Positions 1 through 5,931 of a stretch of 17,713 nt of DNA are shown here, piece after piece; position 1 is the stretch's first letter; each line of letters begins with the position of its first letter. The position numbers and the translations under genes are program-made. Source of the stretch: an archaeon (GTDB lineage: Archaea; Iainarchaeota; Iainarchaeia; Iainarchaeales; CSSED10-239). The notes under the pieces are model-generated. The model had not been told where the DNA came from, did no database searches, and was given only the letters and a program-made list of their open reading frames with translations. The stretch spans positions 1 to 17,713 of the forward strand of contig DAOOUC010000013.1 in assembly GCA_035390665.1 (NCBI GenBank), given 5' to 3'.

Positions 1-79
1 ACTCATAAATATCCCTAATCATTTCCTTTTGTCCTTTTCTAAAAGAGTCGTGTCTAAAATAAAGTTGTGCATTCATTTG

Positions 80-418
80 TTATTTCTTTTTAAATCCAAA
101 AAGTTTATTATATTTGTTGTGATCAATAAGATCAACGATAATTATAATGATCTCTATTTCTCCAGTATCTGTGATTGTGTAAAGTAGCCTCCAATATTCT
201 GAAAGTCTTACTTTTAATAAAAATTTAATATTATATTTTTCTAAATACCATTTTGGAATAAATTTTGATTTGACGGGTTCTCCAAAGTGAGGATCTTGTT
301 TAAGTAATTCTAGTTTTTCTGAAATAGATTTACTTAATATTCTTCCTTGTTTTGAATTATCCCTATTTATTTCTTCAAAGATTTTACTTGCTTCTTCTGA
401 AAATTGAATTTTAACCAT
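80..418 (-). CDS. RelE/ParE-superfamily toxin-like protein (ORF track extends to 442; MVKIQFSEEA start at 418 is preferred)
   Basis: Small basic ORF with RelE/ParE-like pattern: N-terminal VKIQFSEEASKIFEEI, internal LLKVRLSEYWRLLYTITDTGEIEIIIIIVDLIDHNKYNK (R-x-YR-like core followed by hydrophobic strand and D-H motif). Start overlaps the stop of the upstream gene by 8 bp. Confidence 0.72.
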   Translation of the reverse strand: MVKIQFSEEASKIFEEINRDNSKQGRILSKSISEKLELLKQDPHFGEPVKSKFIPKWYLEKYNIKFLLKVRLSEYWRLLYTITDTGEIEIIIIIVDLIDHNKYNKLFGFKKK

Positions 419-746
419 ATACAATCCCTTTTTTGATTGCATCTTTTAGCTTCTTTGATGCAGGGTGTATATAAGTTATTCCTTTTTTTGAGTGTATTAT
501 CTGGTTAGTATATTCTAGATATTTCAAGATTTGTTTTAAATGTACTTTACTAACTTTATCTTTGACTTTCTTTTCAAGTTCTGTCTCTTTCATTATTGCT
601 TCAGGATATTTTTCAAGAATATCTTGAACAAGAAACACTTCGCTACCTGTTGGATAATAGTCAATCATAGGTTCTTTTAATTTTTTAGATTTAGAATCTT
701 TAACAACATATTTTGTAGTCATAATAATAATAGTACCAAAAACCAT
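411..746 (-). CDS. Putative antitoxin with winged-helix-like C-terminus, partner of the RelE/ParE-like toxin (alternative start at 722, MTTKYVV)
   Basis: Small ORF directly upstream of and overlapping the toxin; C-terminal LKQILKYLEYTNQIIHSKKGITYIHP resembles a winged-helix segment; gene order antitoxin-toxin. Confidence 0.5.
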   Translation of the reverse strand: MVFGTIIIMTTKYVVKDSKSKKLKEPMIDYYPTGSEVFLVQDILEKYPEAIMKETELEKKVKDKVSKVHLKQILKYLEYTNQIIHSKKGITYIHPASKKLKDAIKKGIVYG

Positions 747-848
747 ATTTAAAGGTTTCGGGAGTAGTTGTCCAGTGGAGGAATTTTTCGATAAAAATCA
801 AGAATAAATACATTTAAATACTTTTTGTAAACTAATATTTTTGTTAAT

Positions 849-860
849 TTTAAATATAAA
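849..860 (+). promoter_or_regulatory. Candidate archaeal TATA box for the DGR target gene
   Basis: tttaaatataaa about 16-27 nt upstream of the ATG at 876; would fit a near-leaderless archaeal transcript. Weak in an AT-rich genome. Confidence 0.3.
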
Positions 861-875
861 AGAGAAAAGAGAAAT

Positions 876-2228
876 ATGAAAAAATATAAAGTAAAGGCTC
901 TTGAGCCACTTATCGCATCAATTTTATTAATTGTAGTTGCTGTCATCCTTGTAACAATTGTTTTAAGTTGGGGTAAAGAATTTACAACAACTTCTGTAAA
1001 TAAAAGCAATTCTTTAATTAATCATGACATTCTAAGCGACAAGCAACCATTCATTCGCTTTGAAAAAGCAGAAAACGGAATGTATTTTTTTGATTTCTAT
1101 CCTCCAAACAATCAGGACATAAATTTTACAATAGTAGGTTATTCTCTAATTGGTTATAATAATTATATCCCTTTAGAACCAGAATACACAATAACCCACG
1201 CCGGCAAGTTTATGTTACCTTTAGGAATAATTGACGAAGACAGATTTACAATAGGTCTTCTTCTTGACGATGGTAGTTATCTAACCTTTAAAGATATAAC
1301 AAACAAAAACAGAAGCCCAAGCCCAAGTGATTGTCCAGCAGGCTTTGTTCCAGTACCTGGCAATCATCTTTATGGAACGGTTGGATCAAAGGGCGGCTTT
1401 TGTGTTGCACAGTTTGAGATGAAAGTTGATCAGAATGGCGATGGTCTTGGAGATAGCAACACAAGTTGTCAAAATAGCATTTATGCAACTTGGAATAATG
1501 CAGGCACTAATTGTGCATATAATACAGACACAAGAAGTTTAGTTTCAAGTGCAGCAGGTTATCCATTAGCAAACATATCTCAAACAGATTCAATCACTGC
1601 TTGTGAATCCATTGGTGGTCATTTAATAACCAATAACGAGTGGATGACCTTAGCAAGAAATATTGAAAGAGTACCAAGTAATTGGTCAAGCGACACAATT
1701 GGTACAGGATATATTTATTCTGGGCATAACGACGGAACTCCATATGCTGCACTTGCGGGAGACACTAACAACGGTAATGGTTATTATCTAACAGGTCAAA
1801 CAAGTGGCAATCAACGAAGAACTTTAACTCTAACAAATGGCGAAGTAGTTTGGGACTTAGCAGGAAATGTTTATGAATGGAGTGATACTATAAGTTCAGA
1901 TGATTTAAGTCTAGCTTATGATGATTATGAAAATTTAGGTGATGATGGAGAGTATTCTACATATTTTAGAACAGCAGACGGTAATTTTGGTAGTATAGGT
2001 TATAAAGGTAATTTTTTATTAAATTCAGATTATAATAGTGATAATGGAATTGGAAAAACTTGGGGTTGTACAACTGCATGTAATGGTGAGGAATATACAA
2101 TTGCGTTTTTGCGCGGCGGTACTTGGAGCAACGGAGCGAGCGCCGGACTTTTGACGTTGGACGCGAGCGGCGATCCGTCTAGCGCGGGCGGCGACTTCGG
2201 CTTTCGTTGTGTTGTAGTGCCCGAATGA
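876..2228 (+). CDS. DGR target protein: archaeal type IV pilin-like N-terminus fused to FGE-sulfatase/C-type-lectin-like variable domain
   Basis: 450 aa. N-term MKKYKVKALEPLIASILLIVVAVILVTIVLSWGKEF matches an archaeal class III (prepilin) signal/hydrophobic helix. C-term contains ACESIGGHLITNNEWMTLARNIE, NGEVVWDLAGNVYEW and terminal AFLRGGTWSNGASAGLLTLDASGDPSSAGGDFGFRCVVV, typical of DGR targets. VR lies at the extreme 3' end. Confidence 0.95.
   Translation: MKKYKVKALEPLIASILLIVVAVILVTIVLSWGKEFTTTSVNKSNSLINHDILSDKQPFIRFEKAENGMYFFDFYPPNNQDINFTIVGYSLIGYNNYIPLEPEYTITHAGKFMLPLGIIDEDRFTIGLLLDDGSYLTFKDITNKNRSPSPSDCPAGFVPVPGNHLYGTVGSKGGFCVAQFEMKVDQNGDGLGDSNTSCQNSIYATWNNAGTNCAYNTDTRSLVSSAAGYPLANISQTDSITACESIGGHLITNNEWMTLARNIERVPSNWSSDTIGTGYIYSGHNDGTPYAALAGDTNNGNGYYLTGQTSGNQRRTLTLTNGEVVWDLAGNVYEWSDTISSDDLSLAYDDYENLGDDGEYSTYFRTADGNFGSIGYKGNFLLNSDYNSDNGIGKTWGCTTACNGEEYTIAFLRGGTWSNGASAGLLTLDASGDPSSAGGDFGFRCVVVPE
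2101..2219 (+). repeat. DGR variable region (VR)
   Basis: 119-bp gapless match to 3231..3349 (offset 1130). 20 mismatches, each at a position where the TR copy has A: A>G 17, A>C 2 (2122, 2155), A>T 1 (2196). Ends two codons before the stop. Confidence 0.98.
2197..2219 (+). promoter_or_regulatory. Candidate IMH (initiation of mutagenic homing) region at the VR 3' end
   Basis: Last 23 nt of VR (tcggctttcgttgtgttgtagtg) are identical to the TR 3' end and almost free of A; identity stops at 2220. Placement of IMH at the VR 3' end follows known DGRs. Confidence 0.6.
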
Positions 2229-2230
2229 GC

Positions 2231-2270
2231 GTGGTCCGTTGTTTTGCCTGGACACTGGCTCCTGGACCAC
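2231..2270 (+). repeat. Inverted repeat 11 bp downstream of VR (GTGGTCC 2231-2237 / GGACCAC 2264-2270)
   Basis: Perfect 7-bp arms with a 26-nt spacer, in a locally GC-rich patch just after the target stop codon; position resembles the post-IMH hairpin/cruciform of characterised DGRs. Confidence 0.45.
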
Positions 2271-2281
2271 TGACTCCTGGA
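2247..2281 (+). repeat. Short imperfect tandem repeat CCTGGACACTGGCT / CCTGGACCACTGACT / CCTGGA
   Basis: Units at 2247-2260, 2261-2275 and partial 2276-2281. Confidence 0.55.
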
Positions 2282-2342
2282 GTATAGTATGAAGTTTCTG
2301 TGAATGGAATAAAAAAGAGTTTTGGTAATAGTTGGGTTTGTT

Positions 2343-2374
2343 AAAAGGTACGATCGCGTAGCGACGTGCCTTTT
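2343..2374 (+). terminator. Strong hairpin AAAAGGTACG-A-TCGC-GTA-GCGA-CGTGCCTTTT; terminator or DGR structural element
   Basis: 10-bp outer stem (one G-T wobble), single A bulge at 2353, 4-bp inner stem and GTA loop, followed by a T-rich tail (ttttgtgttt). Lies between target gene and first accessory ORF. Confidence 0.6.
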
Positions 2375-2418
2375 GTGTTTGCAAAAAGATTAAAACGATA
2401 TCAGCTTAAAAAATAAAA

Positions 2419-2817
2419 TTGGGAAAAATAATGTGGGTTTATGATAAAGGGATTTCTAGTTTTAAAATATATCAAGAGATGTTTCCAGTAATTACCAATG
2501 CTTTAAATGCTTTGGTGGTTTGTGAAGAAAAAAATAAAAACTCGTCTTTTGCTTTTCTAATTTTGGATTCAAAAATAAAAGCAACAGATATTTTATCGTT
2601 TATTGCAAGTGGCTATAATAATTATGATACTAAGCTTAAAGTAATGGAATATAATAAAGCAAGAAACGCAATTTCTATTCTTCAATCTAATCTTATATTA
2701 TTAAATAATTATAAAATATTATTAGATGAAGATTTAAATGAAAATTACACTAATTTAGAAGATAAGTTAAAAATGATTTCTGGAGTTTTAAGAAAGATTG
2801 AAAAACTAAAAAACTGA
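2419..2817 (+). CDS. Small helical protein in the DGR operon, possible divergent Avd-like accessory protein
   Basis: 132 aa, predominantly helix-forming, ends in LEDKLKMISGVLRKIEKLKN; lies directly upstream of the clear avd gene with a 6-bp gap. Family assignment is an inference from position, size and predicted helicity. Confidence 0.5.
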   Translation: MGKIMWVYDKGISSFKIYQEMFPVITNALNALVVCEEKNKNSSFAFLILDSKIKATDILSFIASGYNNYDTKLKVMEYNKARNAISILQSNLILLNNYKILLDEDLNENYTNLEDKLKMISGVLRKIEKLKN

Positions 2818-2823
2818 TAAAAT

Positions 2824-3156
2824 GTGCTTGATGATTTAAAAATATATAAAGAAAGTTATAATTTTTTTGTGTGGCTTTGGCCATTAATAAATAAATTTCC
2901 AAAATCTGAAAAATATGTTCTAGGTGAAAAACTAAAATTTTGTTTTTTAGAGTTCTTTGATGCAATTATTTCTTATAATTATAATTATGATAGAAAAGAA
3001 TCATTAAAAAAAGCAAATATAGAACTAGAAAAATTAAGATTATTTATAAGAATTGCAAGGGACTTAAATATTATTAATTTTACTAAATATGAAATTGCTT
3101 CTAGAAAATTAAACGAAATTGGTAAACTTCTAGGCGGTCTAATAAAAACAATTTAA
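2824..3156 (+). CDS. avd: DGR accessory variability determinant (Avd-like, S23/four-helix-bundle family)
   Basis: 110 aa: YNFFVWLWPLINKFPKSEKYVLGEKLKFCFLEFFDAIISYNY...RKESLKKANIELEKLRLFIRIARDLNIINFTKYEIASRKLNEIGKLLGGLIK matches the characteristic Avd pattern; located between target and TR. Confidence 0.9.
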   Translation: MLDDLKIYKESYNFFVWLWPLINKFPKSEKYVLGEKLKFCFLEFFDAIISYNYNYDRKESLKKANIELEKLRLFIRIARDLNIINFTKYEIASRKLNEIGKLLGGLIKTI

Positions 3157-3230
3157 TTTAAAAAGTATTTCCATCTATCTTCTTTTGGGTTCTAAACCTA
3201 GGCTATACTAGATAACACAATGTTTGTCTG

Positions 3231-3349
3231 TTGCGTTTTTGCGCGGCGGTAATTGGAACAACGAAACGAACGCCGGACTTTTGAAATTGAACGCGAACAA
3301 CAATCCGTCTAACACGAACAACAACATCGGCTTTCGTTGTGTTGTAGTG
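3231..3349 (+). repeat. DGR template repeat (TR)
   Basis: Non-coding 119-bp copy of VR with intact adenines. Encodes in the VR frame AFLRGGNWNNETNAGLLKLNANNNPSNTNNNIGFRCVVV with 12 AAY codons; lies between avd and RT. Confidence 0.98.
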
Positions 3350-3417
3350 TCTGCCCTAAAAGGGGTAATACAAAGAGTTTGTTTGTATTATTTTTAGTTA
3401 TTTAAAACAAACAAAGA

Positions 3418-3436
3418 AGTATTGTAAAAGAATACT
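3418..3436 (+). repeat. Hairpin AGTATT-GTAAAAG-AATACT downstream of TR
   Basis: 6-bp perfect inverted repeat with 7-nt loop; part of a 14-nt exact direct repeat (TAAAAGAATACTAC, 3425-3438 and about 3535-3548). Confidence 0.5.
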
Positions 3437-3510
3437 ACATTTAGTATATTCCTGGCTGGTATTTTTGCCTATATAATTTTAAATTATATAAAACAAGCCG
3501 AAAATAAACA

Positions 3511-3556
3511 AAAAAAAAGTAGTTAGTATTTTTTTAAAAGAATACTACTTTTTTTA
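3511..3556 (+). terminator. Second, longer inverted repeat just upstream of RT (about AAAAAAAGTAGT / ACTACTTTTTTT, with nested AGTATT/AATACT)
   Basis: Long A/T-rich arms ending in an oligo-T run about 15 nt before the RT start; nested alternative stem repeats the 3418-3436 hairpin. Could terminate the TR RNA or expose the RT start. Confidence 0.45.
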
Positions 3557-3570
3557 CAAAAATACAAAAT

Positions 3571-4602
3571 ATGAAAACATATACTAGTTTGTGGCAGAAA
3601 CTAACTTCTTTTAAAAATCTATATCTTGCTTATAAAAAAGCAAAAAAAGCAAAACCACAAACTACTGATGCATTAGAATTTTCTATTAATTTAGAAAAAA
3701 ATATAGTGTTGCTTCAAGAGGAACTATTGACTGATAACTATAAACAATCAAAATATAGAACGTTTATAATATTTGATCCAAAACAAAGAATAATCAAATA
3801 TCTACCATTTAAAGATAGGGTTGTGCATCACGCGATAGTTAATATTATTGAACCGATTTTTGAAAAAAGATTTATTTCTACAAGTTATGCTTGTAGAAAA
3901 AAGAAAGGCACACATAAAGCACTAAAAGATATTAGAAAAGTAATTTATAACAAATTTAAAGACACAGGATATTGTTTGAAAGGAGATATAAGAAAGTATT
4001 TTCCTAGCATTAATCAAGACATTTTAAAAAATATAATTTCAAGAAAGATAAAAGATAAGAAACTATTAAATCTAATTTTTAAAATAATAACTAGCGATCA
4101 TTCCGATTTTGGAGAAACTAAAGGAATACCAATAGGTAATTTAACCAGTCAGTTATTTTCAAATATTTATCTTAATGAATTAGATCAATATGTTAAACAA
4201 GAATTAAATATAAAATACTATTACAGATATGTTGATGATTTTATAATCTTAAATGTTTCTAAGGAAGAATTGCATATAGATAAACAAAAAATAAAATATT
4301 TTCTTAAGAAAAGATTAGATCTAGATTTACCTAAGAGAAAATGTAATGTTTTTAAAATAAAAGACGGAGTTGATTATGTTGGTTATAAGCTTTTTCCAAA
4401 TAAGATATTAATAAGAAAAAGAAATCTTAAAAGATTTCTAAATAAAATAAAAAGCAAAAATACAAATAAAAACTATAATTCTTCAATTTATAGTTATTTA
4501 GGTTATTTTAAATACGCCAATTCATATAATTTATTATTAAAAATATTTGAAATTAATAAAACTTATTTAAGAGAAATAGAGCTAAGTAAAATCTATTCCT
4601 AA
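3571..4602 (+). CDS. DGR-type reverse transcriptase
   Basis: 343 aa. LKGDIRKYFPSINQDIL (RT motif A), GIPIGNLTSQLFSNIYLNELDQYV (DGR hallmark xGNxxSQ at 4132-4152), YYRYVDDFIIL (catalytic YVDD at 4228-4239), GVDYVGYKLFPNKILIRKRNLKRF. No maturase or endonuclease domain seen. Confidence 0.97.
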   Translation: MKTYTSLWQKLTSFKNLYLAYKKAKKAKPQTTDALEFSINLEKNIVLLQEELLTDNYKQSKYRTFIIFDPKQRIIKYLPFKDRVVHHAIVNIIEPIFEKRFISTSYACRKKKGTHKALKDIRKVIYNKFKDTGYCLKGDIRKYFPSINQDILKNIISRKIKDKKLLNLIFKIITSDHSDFGETKGIPIGNLTSQLFSNIYLNELDQYVKQELNIKYYYRYVDDFIILNVSKEELHIDKQKIKYFLKKRLDLDLPKRKCNVFKIKDGVDYVGYKLFPNKILIRKRNLKRFLNKIKSKNTNKNYNSSIYSYLGYFKYANSYNLLLKIFEINKTYLREIELSKIYS

Positions 4603-4649
4603 TTTAATTTAAATAAACCTTTTTAAATTCTTTTATTCTTTGTTTTTGT

Positions 4650-5459
4650 ATGACTATTCAAAAAAAACAGTTCACTCCAGGAAAAGGAGCAATCTATTAT
4701 TTTTCAGGAACAGGAAACACTGCCTTTGTTGCTTGTGAGTTTCAAGAAAATTATAAAAAAAAAGGAGTGGTTGTTGATCTTTTCCAAATAGAAAAGATTG
4801 AAACAGTAACAAGTCAAGGAAAATATGATTTCCTAATGATTGGTTTTCCTACTTATTATTTTTGTCCCCCTCAAATGGTTGTTGATTTTATAAAAAAACT
4901 TCCAGAAGTAAAAGATAAACCAGTTATTCTTTTTGCAACAGGTGGTGCAAGTGCAGGAGCTAGTTTTAATGTATTAGAAAGAATCTTAAGAAAAAAAAAA
5001 TATCAAGTAATTTCTAATTTCTTGTATATTATGCCAAGCAATGATGGTTTTTTATTTAATAAAGATATAGATAAAGAAGAACATGCAGATCTTAAAATAT
5101 CCGGAACAAAAGAAAAGATTAAGCAGGATTTTGAGTTAATAACTTCAGGAAAATCAAAATTTAAATCCGCAAATATTTTTATATCTTTGATTTCTGAAAT
5201 TGCAAAGTTTGGAATGAATAAAAAAAACAAATGGTTCTGGGATAAAAAGGAATGTAATTTTTGTGGGCTCTGCGCAAAGGTCTGTCCAACAAAAAACATA
5301 ACAATAAAAAAAGAAAAAGGCAAAGTGATTTTTGGAAACAACTGTATGTTCTGTTCACGTTGTTATAATTTTTGTCCAAAGAAAGCAATACATTACAAAT
5401 CAATAAACAAAACAAAAAATTTCAAAAGATACACAAGATTAAAAAATGAAATAATTTAA
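4650..5459 (+). CDS. EFR1-family-like protein: flavodoxin domain fused to two 4Fe-4S ferredoxin motifs
   Basis: IYYFSGTGNTAFVA (flavodoxin FMN loop), IGFPTYYFCPP, and CNFCGLCAKVCP plus CMFCSRCYNFCP (2x CxxCxxCxxxCP). Confidence 0.9.
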   Translation: MTIQKKQFTPGKGAIYYFSGTGNTAFVACEFQENYKKKGVVVDLFQIEKIETVTSQGKYDFLMIGFPTYYFCPPQMVVDFIKKLPEVKDKPVILFATGGASAGASFNVLERILRKKKYQVISNFLYIMPSNDGFLFNKDIDKEEHADLKISGTKEKIKQDFELITSGKSKFKSANIFISLISEIAKFGMNKKNKWFWDKKECNFCGLCAKVCPTKNITIKKEKGKVIFGNNCMFCSRCYNFCPKKAIHYKSINKTKNFKRYTRLKNEII

Positions 5460-5470
5460 AGGCATAAAAT

Positions 5471-5929
5471 ATGGAAATAATAAAATATAGTTATGAGGAA
5501 ATAGAAAATCTTTGTGTAAAGGTTTCTGAAGAAATCAAAAGCACAGATTACAAGGTTGATTGTATCATTGGTGTAGCAGTAAGTGGTTTATTCCCTGCAA
5601 TGATTATGGCAAGACTATTAAATGTAAAAAATGTAATAAGTGTTTCTGCAGTTTCTTATCAAGGTAAAGAACAAAAAGAAATGAAACTTTTAAATGCCCC
5701 AGATAAAGCGGCTCTAAAAGGTAAGAATATTTTAATTGTTGATGATATTTGTGATTCTGGAAATACTTTAATTTTCTTAACCAAACTACTAAAAGACTAT
5801 CAAGTAAAAGAAATAAAAAGTGCAACAGTTTTCTTAAATAAAGAACATCACAAGATTGTTCCAGATTTCTACGGAGAAGAAATAAATAAATGGGTAGCAT
5901 TTCCATGGGACAAGTTTGAAAAGGAATAA
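5471..5929 (+). CDS. Purine/xanthine-type phosphoribosyltransferase family protein
   Basis: PRPP-binding motif ILIVDDICDSGNTL, N-terminal CIIGVAVSGLFPAMIMARLL, C-terminal VAFPWDKFE; substrate not determinable from sequence. Confidence 0.85.
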   Translation: MEIIKYSYEEIENLCVKVSEEIKSTDYKVDCIIGVAVSGLFPAMIMARLLNVKNVISVSAVSYQGKEQKEMKLLNAPDKAALKGKNILIVDDICDSGNTLIFLTKLLKDYQVKEIKSATVFLNKEHHKIVPDFYGEEINKWVAFPWDKFEKE

Positions 5930-5931
5930 GC

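Larger units (their letters stand above)
3231..3548 (+). ncRNA. Putative TR-containing RNA template (TR plus 3' spacer to the region before the RT)
   Basis: Inference from DGR mechanism: the TR-containing transcript is the cDNA template. The 3' spacer is non-coding and contains hairpin-forming repeats. Real ends unknown. Confidence 0.45.

Noticed and set aside
749-1488. Minus-strand ORFs 749..1009 and 1288..1488
   Set aside because: Antisense to the target gene or covering its promoter; Leu/Phe/Tyr-rich sequence typical of the reverse complement of AT-rich coding DNA.
2025-2384. Minus-strand ORF 119 aa antisense to VR
   Set aside because: Overlaps the well-supported target gene and adjacent hairpin; composition reflects the GC-rich antisense; no recognisable family.
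2750-2965. Minus-strand ORF antisense to avd
   Set aside because: Shadows a well-supported Avd coding frame; no independent evidence.
2101-3349. VR/TR as ordinary gene-fragment duplication
   Set aside because: Random divergence would not put all 20 mismatches on adenines of one copy with zero changes at 85 other sites and no indels.
3571-4602. Retron, group II intron or CRISPR-associated RT
   Set aside because: The RT has the DGR-type IGNLTSQ motif and no maturase/endonuclease or Cas1 domain; an adenine-specific VR/TR pair, Avd and target gene are adjacent, which settles DGR.
876-4602. Prophage or viral origin of the DGR
   Set aside because: No phage structural, integrase, terminase or lysis gene seen in the window; surrounding genes are cellular housekeeping or envelope functions, so a cellular DGR is favoured, though an element boundary outside the window cannot be excluded.
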